Virus record (IMG/VR): IMGVR_UViG_3300023174_000034
Length of the DNA stretch: 64,000 bases
Origin: a virus
Lineage: Duplodnaviria; Heunggongvirae; Uroviricota; Caudoviricetes
Strand: one strand, 5' to 3'
The notes beneath the pieces are model-generated. The model was not told where the DNA came from. It saw only the letters and a list, made by a program, of their open reading frames with translations, and did not search any database. Numbering within the stretch: the first letter of the stretch is position 1; the number at the start of each line of letters is the position of its first letter. Positions 43,969-55,600 of the stretch are shown here, one piece after another. Both the position numbers and the translations under genes were made by a program.

Positions 43969-44643
43969 ATGAGCTTTATTAAAAACGTCAGCGGTCCATA
44001 TACGATAAACACCATCAATCATGATGATCCTATTATTTTGGACAGCAACAATGTTATCATCAATGGTAGCCTGTCTGTTTATGGCTCAAACACATTCTTG
44101 GGCAACATTACATCAGCTGAAGTACAACAAACCTACATTGTTGACAACGTTATTACCCTAAATGCAAATGCTTCAACTTTAACAACTCCTTATCCAGGTC
44201 CATCTGGTATTGAAGTCGAACGCGGATCCGTAGAATACAATGCTATTCTGCGTTGGTATGAACCAAGCAAGACTTGGCAAATTCGTTCAAACGTTGATGG
44301 CGCAGTGTACTACAACCTTGTGGCAACCACAACAGGTAACACTCGTGTGGTTGATGACGTTGCACCACAGTTAGGCGGCAATTTGTTCACAAACAGTTAT
44401 GCTATTACAAACATAACAGGTAACATTTTCCTAGATCCAGCAACCACAGTGAGCCTCAATGGTAATCTTAGTTTACAAATGGCAGGCAATATCTGGGGTA
44501 ATGCACAAGCATACAATACCTTAATTTCAAACCAAGTTGGTGCAGGCGGCACCGGCTTGTATGTCACAACCGGCGATGGTGGCGTGACAAGCCAAGAATT
44601 GATTACAAAAAGACGTGCGATTGTTTATTCAATTGTATTTTAA
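43969..44643 (+). CDS. Virion structural/fibre-associated protein
   Basis: IVDNVITLN...SGIEVERG...LRWYE...W and DVAPQLGGNL fibre motifs; late promoter at 43943-43948. Confidence 0.7.
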   Translation: MSFIKNVSGPYTINTINHDDPIILDSNNVIINGSLSVYGSNTFLGNITSAEVQQTYIVDNVITLNANASTLTTPYPGPSGIEVERGSVEYNAILRWYEPSKTWQIRSNVDGAVYYNLVATTTGNTRVVDDVAPQLGGNLFTNSYAITNITGNIFLDPATTVSLNGNLSLQMAGNIWGNAQAYNTLISNQVGAGGTGLYVTTGDGGVTSQELITKRRAIVYSIVF

Positions 44644-44655
44644 CAGGAACGAGAA

Positions 44656-44970
44656 ATGATTAAAAGTGTAAAACTACTGCAAGGAACACCGCAAGCAATT
44701 ATCACAGCCAACGCTGATATCGCTGTGACGACCTTATACCTTTGCAATCGATCAACCAGCACAGTAACAACAAGTGTATTTTTGGTCAGCAATGGATCAA
44801 CTGATTCTTACGACAATATAGTTTATAACGAAGTTCAGATTGCAGGTAAGGATACCTTGGTAATTGACAACGAACGCTTGCTATTGGGTACAGGTGATTC
44901 TATCCAGGCCAACGTTGACGTACTATCAGACAACAGAATTGTTGCGACCTTGAGCTGGACAAACATCTAA
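44656..44970 (+). CDS. Small virion structural protein
   Basis: 104-aa beta-rich protein (TTLYLCN...LLLGTGDSI) with AGGA RBS, inside the structural operon. Confidence 0.65.
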   Translation: MIKSVKLLQGTPQAIITANADIAVTTLYLCNRSTSTVTTSVFLVSNGSTDSYDNIVYNEVQIAGKDTLVIDNERLLLGTGDSIQANVDVLSDNRIVATLSWTNI

Positions 44971-44971
44971 C

Positions 44972-45385
44972 ATGCGTTCACTAAAAAATCCTGTATTAAA
45001 AACTTTTGGGTATGCAACTGTGATGCCTTTTGGTACCACAGCATTGCGTCCTACCACACCTGTTAATGGCGAGTTTAGATTCAACACTGACACGACCAAA
45101 ATGGAAGTGTATTACAGTGCCGCATGGAATTCAATCTCCAAGATTGGTCAAGTTGCTGTGACCAAAGATTCATTCACTGGTGACAGCTCACAAACTATTT
45201 TTACCATGACCAAAAGCTATTCAGCTGGTGATGAACCCAAGATCATTGTTGTGGTTGGTAATGTGTTTCAAAATCCTGGAGTGGCATTCACAGTGAGTGG
45301 TACTACTCTTACATTTACATCTGCACCGCCGTTTGGGCAAACAGTTATCGTATTACACGGATTTGCAAGTACAGATCCAGCCTAA
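44972..45385 (+). CDS. Small virion protein (PxGT..RP..G.RFNT module plus F.GD...FT Ig-like module)
   Basis: MPFGTTALRP...GEFRFNT and DSFTGDSSQTIFT...VGNVFQNPG...LTFTSAP. Confidence 0.7.
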   Translation: MRSLKNPVLKTFGYATVMPFGTTALRPTTPVNGEFRFNTDTTKMEVYYSAAWNSISKIGQVAVTKDSFTGDSSQTIFTMTKSYSAGDEPKIIVVVGNVFQNPGVAFTVSGTTLTFTSAPPFGQTVIVLHGFASTDPA

Positions 45386-45395
45386 GGAATAAACA

Positions 45396-47312
45396 ATGGC
45401 AATCGGAAGAGTCGCAGGTCCAATGCTCTTATCTGAATTAGACAGGCAAGGCATTGACTTGACTTTTACAACCAACAGTAATCAGTTGGTTGCACTGGAC
45501 TTTACCGCTTTTCGGATGGCTCTCAAAGGCGGAACAGCATCGGCATATGTGTTTGACGTCAATGGCAATGCCGCAATAGGCAACGTGATTATTGAGAATG
45601 GCGCACGTATCACCAGCCAAGGACTAAATCAAACTCTAACCCTACAAGCCAATGGCGTTGCTAACGTAACTGTTATCAATGCCAATGTTATTAGTGGGCG
45701 TGTTGATGGCACAGTGATTGGAGGATTAAATCCACGTCCTGCTACATTCACATTCATGAATGCTAATACACTGGCTACCATGGCCACAGCAAATGTCAGC
45801 AACCTACGTGCCAATTTGATTGCGTTTACTGCGCCAAACAATCAGATTATCATGGACAACCCTACTTTGCGTTTTTATAATGCAAATAACAGTATGGTTG
45901 TTGACAATCTAACAGTATTACAAAGTCAAACGTTTACCACACTGGATGCGGCAAACGTTATCATTCGCAACAGTACTGCAAATGCCATTCCGTTCATGGC
46001 AGCAAACAACTGGATCAAGACCAGTTCTTCATTGACCTACAGTGAAGCCAACAACATGGTGTCAACTGGTAATGTGCGACTGAGTGGACCAAGTACCAAT
46101 CAGGTGCTGTTCTTGGATGCCGCTGATAACAGATTCCTTAAAGGAACAACCTATCTAACATTTGATGGTACCAACTTACGTGCCAATGGTATCACACGCC
46201 TGGGCGATGTAACAACATTTACTAACGTAATTAGCACAGCAAATACTGATCAGGACCTGGTACTAGCACCAGACGGTGCGGGTGTAATTTCTGCCGCCGA
46301 CAAAAACATTCGCAACGTTGCTTCACCTACTTCTCCAAGTGATGCGGCAACAAAAAGTTATGTTGATGGATTGATTGTGATTTCGACTGCATCAACTGCT
46401 TCAATATATCAATTTGATACCAGAGTCTCGGCACTGGATGACAATAATGGCACTGCTAACATTACTTTTGCCATCAGCGGTGTTGAACAAGGACGTATCA
46501 CGAGTGGATTGGTAAACTGGCAAGACATCAACATCAATGATGCCACAATCAGCACACAAGCCGGTCCGTTGATCTTGTCACCATACAACGACGAACGTGT
46601 TATCTTGGACACCCCCAAGGCACTGGGATTACCGGTTGGTAACAACGCAGAACGCCCTACGCCGGGACTGGAATATGTTGGCGATTTCCGATTCAATACA
46701 GAACTTGGCACAGTAGAATGGTTTGATGGTACTCAATGGGAAAACCCAGCCAACTCCACAGTCTATAGCCAAACTATTGTACCCGACGGAGCCAATGCCA
46801 CATTTACTTTGTCTCAGAAAAGCACAACAGAAGCAGTGTTAGTTAACTTCAACGGTGTTATTCAACGGCCCAGCACAACTTATAGTGTTGCGCTGGATCA
46901 GATCACATTTAGCTCAGTTCCGCTAACAACTGATGTTATTGAAGTGCGTTTCTTTAATGGCACAGTAGCGCAAGCAACCAATCCTATTGTTGCTGATCGT
47001 AGCTATTCAAATGTTGGCATAACAGCAACCACGATAGACAGCTGGTACATCAATACCTATAGAGGTGCAAAGTATACCTACGTTGCTAAAACCATAACAG
47101 GTAACAATTACGAAACTGGTGACCTACATGTTGTTCATGACAACCTGGAAGGTTTCCACAGCAGTACGTTTGTGAGTAAAACAGGATCTAGCATGATCAC
47201 CTGGACCACAACAAACGATCCAATTGGTGTCATGAACATCCGAGCACAAGGCACACACGCCGATGTGCAGGTTAAATTTCACGCAATTTACCTAACCGAT
47301 CCTACAGTTTAA
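45396..47312 (+). CDS. Virion structural/fibre protein
   Basis: DAATKSYVD fibre motif, LPVGNNAERP...FRFNT, NGVIQRP module, C-terminal TYRGAKY domain. Confidence 0.75.
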   Translation: MAIGRVAGPMLLSELDRQGIDLTFTTNSNQLVALDFTAFRMALKGGTASAYVFDVNGNAAIGNVIIENGARITSQGLNQTLTLQANGVANVTVINANVISGRVDGTVIGGLNPRPATFTFMNANTLATMATANVSNLRANLIAFTAPNNQIIMDNPTLRFYNANNSMVVDNLTVLQSQTFTTLDAANVIIRNSTANAIPFMAANNWIKTSSSLTYSEANNMVSTGNVRLSGPSTNQVLFLDAADNRFLKGTTYLTFDGTNLRANGITRLGDVTTFTNVISTANTDQDLVLAPDGAGVISAADKNIRNVASPTSPSDAATKSYVDGLIVISTASTASIYQFDTRVSALDDNNGTANITFAISGVEQGRITSGLVNWQDININDATISTQAGPLILSPYNDERVILDTPKALGLPVGNNAERPTPGLEYVGDFRFNTELGTVEWFDGTQWENPANSTVYSQTIVPDGANATFTLSQKSTTEAVLVNFNGVIQRPSTTYSVALDQITFSSVPLTTDVIEVRFFNGTVAQATNPIVADRSYSNVGITATTIDSWYINTYRGAKYTYVAKTITGNNYETGDLHVVHDNLEGFHSSTFVSKTGSSMITWTTTNDPIGVMNIRAQGTHADVQVKFHAIYLTDPTV

Positions 47313-47363
47313 CGTCTTAAACTGCCCCAATTTTGGGTGCAAATGAAAGGATCCTACATCTGC

Positions 47364-47369
47364 TAAATA
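47364..47369 (+). promoter_or_regulatory. Late promoter (TAAATA)
   Basis: CTAAATA upstream of the AGGAG RBS of 47400. Confidence 0.65.
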
Positions 47370-47399
47370 GCTATAACCAATGCCTTAGGAGCTCGAATA

Positions 47400-50300
47400 A
47401 TGGCCGTAACGCGGATTAAGAACAATCAGATCACAGACGCAACGATCTTTGCCAACGTAAAAATCGCTCCAGGCACAATCGTCGGATCGTTGTTCAACCC
47501 AGATGTAACAATCAATTCTAACATTGCGATTGTTGGTAACCTCACGGTTTCTGGCAACACAAACACAATCAACAGTACCAATACCTTGGTCAATGATCCA
47601 CTTGTTATTTTCAACAATGGATACACAGGTACTCCTAGCTATGATGTGGGTATTCTAGTAGATCGTAATCTGCAACCCACTAGTCCAACCAACTACGGCA
47701 GTTTGAACTCTGCCTGGGTCTGGCGTGAAAGCGACGGTAGCTTTGAAGGTTTACTCACAACAGAAACTGGAACCACACAAGGTGTTATTGCTCGATCTGC
47801 TTATGCCAATGTGATTGTTGGCAACACCACAATCAGGACCAATGGTGTTGATGCCAGCGTGGTTGAAGCAGTTGACACAGGTTCCGGAGCACTGCAAGTA
47901 AAGGGTGGTGCCAGCTTTACACAGAACGTGCAAATTGGCGGACGTGGATCTGTATTTGGTGCCAACACCGGTGCAGTTGCAATCAACGCCAACATTCCAA
48001 TTGTACAAATTACCACTGAGTCCAGCACACGCTACGGCCTGATGATCACAGACACCACCAACAATGGTGCGTTTGCTGTCAAGACAGGATCCACATCAGG
48101 TGCTGAAATACATACTTTTGGTGGAACCAACAACGATATACGTATCCAGCCAGATCGTAAAAAGAGTATCTGGCTGCCAGCTGCCAATGCCAGCGTACTG
48201 GTAGACAACAATCTCAACAGCTCAAGTGCAAATATTGGTGCACTGGTTGTGACAGGATCAGGCGGTGCAGGCATTGGTGGCAACTTGAACACAGGAACCA
48301 GTGCCAGCTTTGAAAGCAAGAACGTTTATGTTCAAAGCAACAAGACCAATGATGTTGTGATTGGCAAGAATCAACTCAAGACCGGCATTGGTGCAAACGT
48401 AACAGCCATTGGTGCTGTGCAAGGTATAACAAGCATTGGCGAAAGCTCTACCATAGTTGGTATGGGTGCAGGTGCCGGTGCTCCTGGCATCAACTCTACC
48501 TTTGTGGGCAAGAGTTCGGGTAATATCACAACCGGATCCGACAATCAATTTTTTGGTCGCAATGCAGGTCGTTTGGTCACATCTGGATCATATCATACCA
48601 TACTTGGTAGCCATGATGGCAACACCATTGCATCGCTGAACAATCAAGTTATTATTTCAGACGGTGCAGGCAATCCTCGCATCAACATCGACAACACCGG
48701 TAATGTTTGGGTAGTCAGCACAAACCCAGCCACTGACTATAGAACTGGTGCGCTGGTAGTGAATGGTGGCGTGGGTGTTGGTGGCAACTTGTATGTGCAA
48801 GGTCAAGTTTTCTTCAGTGGGCAAACACGGATTTCCAGTACACCATACTCATTGATGATTGCTGGTAATACTGCTGTTGAGCAGTTGAGTACCAACTCTG
48901 TCATCTACGGTCAGCAGATTGGCAGTGGCACAGGAGTTGCCACACCGTTTGGTGTGCGAGCAACCATATACGGTGCAGATGCATCTAACACACCAACCAC
49001 GTCAGATGATGTCACACTGATTGGTTATCGCACAGGCTACAGCGGCCCTGGTGCAAGAACCACAGCGGTGGGATCCGGCGCTGGTTACAGCCTATTGGCA
49101 GGCGCTACCAACAATCAACTGTTTGGATTCAATTCAGGCAACCTGATAACCACAGGCAACAACAATGTTATCCTTGGCGCCAACACAGGCTCAACTATTG
49201 CCACGCTGAACAACAGGATCATCATTGCAGATGGTGCTGGCACATCACGCATCAGTATTACAGACACTGGTGCTACAGAAATCACCAGCACAGTTGAAAC
49301 TGATTCAATTGGTACAGGTGCCTTGATTGTTGACGGCGGCCTTAGCGTACAGAAAAACACACGTATCGGTGGCAACCTTACTGTCACTGGCAACCTAAAC
49401 GTAATTGGTACTGTAAGCACAATCAACTCAACTTTTATGACTGTGGTTGATCCTATTATTGAAATGGGTGGCCTGGCCAATGCCAGCGTACTAACAACCA
49501 ACGATGGCAAAGACCGTGGACTGCGTATGCACTATTATGAAGGTGCTGATCGTAGCACTTTCTTGGGCTGGCAAAATACCACAGGTAACTTGGTCTACAT
49601 GCAAGCCGCTGTAGAAAGTGCTGGCAATGTATTCACAGGTACATATGGTAGTGTACAATTTGGTCAGCTGAAACTCAGCAACGTCAACCCAAGTACCAGC
49701 CAAACCACAGGCGCACTACAAGTTGTGGGCGGAATAGGCACACAAGGTAGATTGACTGCCAACAACGCAGTAGTAGACAACAATCTTACTGCCAGCGGCA
49801 CAGGTGCTCTTATTACATTTGCGCCATCTGGTTCAGGTTATGTAACAATCAATCCAGCAACCACTGGCACAATTGACAACATGACCATTGGTGGTAGTAC
49901 ACCAGTAGATGCTACGTTTGTTAATGCAACAGTCACAAATACTATGACCATCACTGGCAGCGGTAATGTTGTGATGGCACCGGCTGGTAATTTAAGATTG
50001 AACCCAACCACAACCGGCGATATAAACAATCTTTATATTGGTAACATTACTCCACGTCAAGGTGCATTCACTGCGGCCAACATTGGTCAAGACCTGGTAA
50101 TGAAAGCATTCAGTTCAAACTCGGTACTGTTTATCAGTCCAACTGGTAACCTGAGTGTTGATCAAAAGCTAAACGATTTCAACTTCCAACGTCAGACTGG
50201 CAACACAATTTCTACTGTGAGTCTGAGCGTTGGTACTAACGGTGACTTCACAGGCACTGACACTCTAAACATCTACTATCAAGGTGATGCCTACCTGCCA

Positions 50301-51719
50301 CAGAGTGCAATATCTGCAAATGTTGTAGGACAAGCGCCTGGGTGGACCACAACATCAAGTCGTGGCACAGGACATGCTCCTGCCAATCTACAAGACGGTG
50401 ACTTCACAGGTGTGTTTGGCGCCTACGGATACAGTGATGGTGCATATAGAGAACTATCTGGTTGGCGACATGTGGCACAAGGTGCAACAGTTGTTACAAA
50501 TGGCATTGGTGGCGAAGCTCAACTTTGGACCAAGACAAATGCGTCAGCGTCCACTACACTGGCTCTGCGGGTGGACAACAACCAGAAAGCCACATTCTAC
50601 GGTCAAGTTGCCATTGCCAACAGCACCACAAGCACCACAACTTCAAGCGGTGCGTTCTATGTACAGGGTGGCACAGCAATTGGCGGCAATCTAAATGTCA
50701 GCCAAGGCGCACGTTTCAACGATCAACAAAATCACAACAGAGATTTTTATGTTCGTGGTGGCAATGATGCAACACTGATCTGGGCCAGTACGTCAAGTGC
50801 ATATAACCAAGTGATCATTGGCAACTCTGCAGTGGGTGCTAATTTGATAACTGGCGCCAAATTACAAATCAACTCAACTGACGCCTTGTTGATGCCGCGT
50901 GGCACAGAAGCACAGCGTCCTGGATTTGCTGGTTACGGATCGCCAAGTGCTGGTATGATGCGTTTCAATACCATTGTCAATGACATGGAATATTGGGACG
51001 GTGGCAAATGGTATCAACCACAAAGCGGCCAAACAGCAACCATTGTTGCAGAAACATTTAGTGGCGACGGTGTAACCACACAGTTTACCACAGCCCGAGA
51101 ATCAACCACAGCCGCCACATTTATTGCCATCAACGGTACACTACAACAGCCAACAACTGCTTATAGTATCAGTGGCAACGTGGTCACATTCACTGAAGCA
51201 CCTGCACCAGGCGACGTCATCAGCAGTCGTTATCTTGCACTGTCAGTCACAGCTGGTCTGTCATCTGCATATGGCTTGGTGACATTACGCACCTTGGACG
51301 AAGGTGTACTGATAACCGGAGCCAACGGCACTATCACTGCCAACTCTGTGCTGTTCAAATCAGACGGCACAGTTGGCTGGAACGGAACTGTACAAACAGC
51401 AGTTGACACCAGCCCGGTACTGATTCACACATTTGATGCTGGCCGTTATCGATCAGCAAAATATGTAATCCAAGTGGAGAATGCCACTGCCAATGCATAC
51501 GAGGCCAGCGATGTCATGGTGATCCACAATGGTAGCTATGCTTATAGAACACAATACAACATGATCAGTACATTTGCCAATGCCGCCGCACTGGGTAGTG
51601 TGACAGCGGCATACGCCGCTGGCAATGTAAACTTGTATTATCAAGGTATTACAACAGGCAACAGGGTCAAAGTTCGAGCTGACATGATTGGCAACGATCA
51701 ACCCTGGGAACCGTTCTAA
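47400..51719 (+). CDS. Long tail-fibre-like structural protein (1439 aa)
   Basis: Repeated TGAL.V.GG.G.GGNL beta motifs, YadA-like G..AG repeats, MPRGTEAQRP...MRFNT, FSGDG module, C-terminal YRSAKY domain. Confidence 0.8.
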   Translation: MAVTRIKNNQITDATIFANVKIAPGTIVGSLFNPDVTINSNIAIVGNLTVSGNTNTINSTNTLVNDPLVIFNNGYTGTPSYDVGILVDRNLQPTSPTNYGSLNSAWVWRESDGSFEGLLTTETGTTQGVIARSAYANVIVGNTTIRTNGVDASVVEAVDTGSGALQVKGGASFTQNVQIGGRGSVFGANTGAVAINANIPIVQITTESSTRYGLMITDTTNNGAFAVKTGSTSGAEIHTFGGTNNDIRIQPDRKKSIWLPAANASVLVDNNLNSSSANIGALVVTGSGGAGIGGNLNTGTSASFESKNVYVQSNKTNDVVIGKNQLKTGIGANVTAIGAVQGITSIGESSTIVGMGAGAGAPGINSTFVGKSSGNITTGSDNQFFGRNAGRLVTSGSYHTILGSHDGNTIASLNNQVIISDGAGNPRINIDNTGNVWVVSTNPATDYRTGALVVNGGVGVGGNLYVQGQVFFSGQTRISSTPYSLMIAGNTAVEQLSTNSVIYGQQIGSGTGVATPFGVRATIYGADASNTPTTSDDVTLIGYRTGYSGPGARTTAVGSGAGYSLLAGATNNQLFGFNSGNLITTGNNNVILGANTGSTIATLNNRIIIADGAGTSRISITDTGATEITSTVETDSIGTGALIVDGGLSVQKNTRIGGNLTVTGNLNVIGTVSTINSTFMTVVDPIIEMGGLANASVLTTNDGKDRGLRMHYYEGADRSTFLGWQNTTGNLVYMQAAVESAGNVFTGTYGSVQFGQLKLSNVNPSTSQTTGALQVVGGIGTQGRLTANNAVVDNNLTASGTGALITFAPSGSGYVTINPATTGTIDNMTIGGSTPVDATFVNATVTNTMTITGSGNVVMAPAGNLRLNPTTTGDINNLYIGNITPRQGAFTAANIGQDLVMKAFSSNSVLFISPTGNLSVDQKLNDFNFQRQTGNTISTVSLSVGTNGDFTGTDTLNIYYQGDAYLPQSAISANVVGQAPGWTTTSSRGTGHAPANLQDGDFTGVFGAYGYSDGAYRELSGWRHVAQGATVVTNGIGGEAQLWTKTNASASTTLALRVDNNQKATFYGQVAIANSTTSTTTSSGAFYVQGGTAIGGNLNVSQGARFNDQQNHNRDFYVRGGNDATLIWASTSSAYNQVIIGNSAVGANLITGAKLQINSTDALLMPRGTEAQRPGFAGYGSPSAGMMRFNTIVNDMEYWDGGKWYQPQSGQTATIVAETFSGDGVTTQFTTARESTTAATFIAINGTLQQPTTAYSISGNVVTFTEAPAPGDVISSRYLALSVTAGLSSAYGLVTLRTLDEGVLITGANGTITANSVLFKSDGTVGWNGTVQTAVDTSPVLIHTFDAGRYRSAKYVIQVENATANAYEASDVMVIHNGSYAYRTQYNMISTFANAAALGSVTAAYAAGNVNLYYQGITTGNRVKVRADMIGNDQPWEPF

Positions 51720-51755
51720 GCCAAATGAATAAATACAAATGAATAGGAACAAGTA

Positions 51756-52160
51756 ATGGCCAATAGTAAATTTGTTGTTGATACAGGACTGGTAGTCGGC
51801 CCGCTGACAATTTTTGCCTCAAATGGCGATATTCGAACCAGCGGCAACATTGTTTACACAGCCAGCGGCCCAGACAATCCAGTCACAACCACAGGCATAG
51901 GATCCGGTTTTACCAACTCTACCACATTATATTTTCCTGGTGCCCAAGGCGGCACAACAGACTACGCAATAACAACAACCACAGTAGATGGCGTGGCAAC
52001 CACCGTAAACGAAACAGTTTCGGGATTGGCCACACTGACTGCAATACAGGATGCTTTTGGCGCAATCACAGCGGAAAGCGCAGGAAGTCCAACCGACATC
52101 TACGATTGTATGGAACCGTCTGGACTGATTGAAACAACAGATCTGGGTGTCTTAACATAA
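51756..52160 (+). CDS. Small virion structural protein
   Basis: Late promoter at 51730-51735, AGGA RBS, Thr/Gly-rich, C-terminal YDCMEPSG...DLGVL. Confidence 0.65.
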   Translation: MANSKFVVDTGLVVGPLTIFASNGDIRTSGNIVYTASGPDNPVTTTGIGSGFTNSTTLYFPGAQGGTTDYAITTTTVDGVATTVNETVSGLATLTAIQDAFGAITAESAGSPTDIYDCMEPSGLIETTDLGVLT

Positions 52161-52174
52161 ATACCATATAAATA
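52158..52174 (+). promoter_or_regulatory. Tandem late promoter boxes (TAAATA and TATAAATA)
   Basis: TAAATA at 52158-52163 and the full T4 consensus TATAAATA at 52167-52174. Confidence 0.7.
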
Positions 52175-52196
52175 CGAATTAGGAGTCGGTTAAAAA

Positions 52197-52568
52197 ATGC
52201 CAACACAAGTACAGTTCCGTAGAGGGACAACGTCCCAAAATAACAGTTTTACGGGTGCCACTGGCGAAATATCCATTGACACCACTCTAAAAGTACTGCG
52301 TGTGCATGACGGCTCCACAGCAGGCGGACAAGCACTGGTAGGCATTTCGGCCACCCAGACGCTGACAAACAAAACACTGACCAGCCCTACTGTTAACAGC
52401 GCAACATTGAATGACTCAACATTCACTGGAACTGCGAGTTTTAGCGGTGTTGGCACACTTTCTGGAGTGATACTAAACACTCCAGCACTTGGAACTTACT
52501 CAACCACAGCCAATTCAATTGTGCCTAAAAGTTACGTAGATTCCATAGGAATTGTGTTCGGTGTATAA
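52197..52568 (+). CDS. Short fibre protein with Mtd/hyaluronidase N-terminal-like domain
   Basis: VQFRRGT...FTGATGEISIDT...RVHDGSTAGG, TQTLTNKTLTSP and KSYVD fibre motifs. Confidence 0.75.
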   Translation: MPTQVQFRRGTTSQNNSFTGATGEISIDTTLKVLRVHDGSTAGGQALVGISATQTLTNKTLTSPTVNSATLNDSTFTGTASFSGVGTLSGVILNTPALGTYSTTANSIVPKSYVDSIGIVFGV

Positions 52569-52571
52569 ATA
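52564..52571 (+). promoter_or_regulatory. Late promoter TATAAATA overlapping the upstream stop codon
   Basis: Exact T4 late consensus upstream of 52604. Confidence 0.7.
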
Positions 52572-52603
52572 AAAGAAGCATATTAACCATAAGGTAGACC
52601 AAA

Positions 52604-55600
52604 ATGGCAAGAAAAAGTATACAATATTACAGCTACACCCCAGGCGCCGCAAACGCCGGTACTGTAAAGATTCCAGATGTTTATCAATTAAAAGACATTC
52701 TGATGATTACCAACGTTACACGAAACGTGGTAATTTACAATTTTAGCGACAGCACACGTGGTGCATACGCATTCTCGGCCAACGAGAATGACACAACCAC
52801 TTTCCCTGGCGCAATGAACGGTGTAACAACACTGACTCTAGCACTTGACACTAGCACTCAAAGTTCTGCTGACAAGTTGATGATCTATGTTGAAGCCAGT
52901 GAAATGCGTGTTCGCACTCATGACTTTGGTATTGACGCTGTTGAACGCCAACGTGTTGCTCAACCAGAATCCATGATTGACGCTGACTTTGAATATGGTT
53001 TGCAACAAACCAAGTGGGCTTCGTGGACCACAGTATTCAACACGCCAACAACATATGAAGTGCCAGGTTCCGATGTTCTTGCCAACGTTTATGGTTATGC
53101 TACTTTGGTTGCTACTCCAATCTCATCAGCTGCCACAACATCATTGGTACTGACCAATCAAGGTCTAACACCAACCACAGCTTACATTGGTAACACAGCT
53201 CCTGTTCACAACCAATTTGACTACAAGATTTTGATCAACCAAGGTTATGGTACAAGTACAACAAGTCCACGTGGTACAACATGGATTGCCAATGCTGCCG
53301 TCACAAACGGTGCTTTGTCGATCACTGCTGCCAACGGTGGTCCTGCACAACGCAGTTTCACAGTCACACGTGACATCAACTACTGGAACGCAGGTGACTT
53401 AGCCGCATTGATTGGTATCCCAAGCGACTTGGCCGATGCCGCCACCATGAACACATCAATCAGTTCACCAGGTACCACAGCATTCACAACCAATGCCGCA
53501 GGTTCTATTGTGAACAACGACATCCTGGCGGTTGAAACTGTCAACGGTGGTGAATTTGAATTGGTTTATGTCAGCTCAGGTGGTACAACAACTTCATTGA
53601 CTGTTACTCGTCAATTGTTTGGTACCAACTACGGTGGTGCTAACTTGCCATCCGGTGCACGTATCAAACGTATTCGTCAAGCTGACGTTGCATCAGGTGC
53701 AGGTTTTGCATCCAACGTTGAAATTGTTCGTGTTGACTCAGTTGATCAAACATTGAACCAGTTGCATGTCACACGTGGCTTCATGAACACCAATGCCGCA
53801 GTGCAGTTCCTACCAGGTACTATTGTTGGTAAGGTCAATGCATTTGGCGAGTTGAGCCCAGGTCTAGGCAACGGCCCATCCGCTGTTGGTACTGGTGCCA
53901 GCGCCAACATTGAAATTGTTCGTGTCACAGCTACAGCAATTGGCCCATTGGGTTCACAAACAATTACACGTGGTGCACTGGGCACAATTCCACTGACTAA
54001 CATCTACGCAGGTTCATTGGCTGTCACAGCCGCTGGTGTGTTCGTAGCAGGTAACGTCAACGTTCCAATTATTGGCGTCAACGCCAACTCACACGGTGTG
54101 TCCAGTTCCATGCAAGGTGCAGGCTCATTTGGTCTAAGCACAGCAGTTGCAGGCACAGCCAATGCTAATGCATTTATTTCCACACTGGGTCTAAACAACG
54201 CCAACGTTGAAGGTATCTACTTCAACTCAATCAACGATGTTCACTATGCAGCCTACTATCCAAAGATTTGGCCTAATCGTGAAATTGGTTGGCAGTTGAA
54301 CCCAATTGCTGCCACACAAGACGTCACAATCCGTAAAGGTGGTACATACACTGGTGCTAACATCCAGTATGTGTCTATCATCTCCAACACTGGCACACCA
54401 TCCATGATCACTGTGACAACAGTTGCTCCACATGGTATTTTCCCAGGACAGTTGGTACAAACAAACTTGTACGGTGCAACCAATGCCAACACACACGCAA
54501 GTGGTGTGTTTGCAGTCAACAGTGTGCCATTTAACACACAGTTCACATTCACTGCCAAAGGTGGCGCCGCAGTTTCTTCTGGTAACTTGTTGGTTGCTTC
54601 ACTGGGCACACAGTCCACAATCTTTGGTAACATTGTATTGTTCCCAACCAGCTTGGTACGTCACCGTCCAGTTGATGGCGGTACAAACATGGGTGTGAAT
54701 GCTCCGGCATTTGGCTACGAAGTTGTACGTCAAACCAAGAAATACTTCCGCTACCAGTCTGGTAAGGGCATGATGTTCACAACTGGTATCAGTCTAAGCC
54801 CACAGTTTGTGGTTACAAACGTATCGGCAGCAGGTACAAGTATTGGTAGTGCAATCACTATCACAACAGAATTGGATCACGGTTGCCAAATTGGTGCCAA
54901 CGTTCAACTTGCTGGTGTTACCACAACAGGCTACAACAGCTTCTACCGTGTGGCCAGCGTGGTATCACAAAACAGCTTCACAGTTCTAGCCACAGCAACA
55001 TTGGGTGCAACTACTCCAAGTTTTGGTAGCTTCCCACAGTGTGCGCTACTAAACTGGCACGGTGGTAAAGTACGTGTTGGTATGTTTGATGACCAAAACG
55101 GCGTGTTCTGGCACTATGATGGTCAGCAGTTGTATGCAGGCAAACGTTCAAGCACACGTGATCTACTAGGTCGTTGCCAAGTTGGTCAAAATCAATATCG
55201 TGTAAACGGCGATCGTAACACACGTTTCTTGGACCAATTGATGGCAGGTGACCAAGTGGTTATCCGCGGTATGAGCCACACAGTCAGTCGTATTGAAAGC
55301 CAAAACACCATGTACATCACTCCTGCATATCGCGGCGTTATCAACGCTGAGAATGCCAAGATTGCTGTGACTGATGATGTGCTAACTGCACAAGCTAACT
55401 TCAACAAAGACAAGATGGACGGTACAGGCCCATCAGGTTATGTGATTGACAAGAGCAAGATGCAGATGGTTGCCATCCAGTACACCTGGTACGGTGCAGG
55501 CTTTATCGACTGGGGTATGAGAACCACAGACGGTCAAATGATCTGGGCACATCGCACCAAGAACAACAACGTGAACAACGAAGCGTTTATGCGTTCTGGT

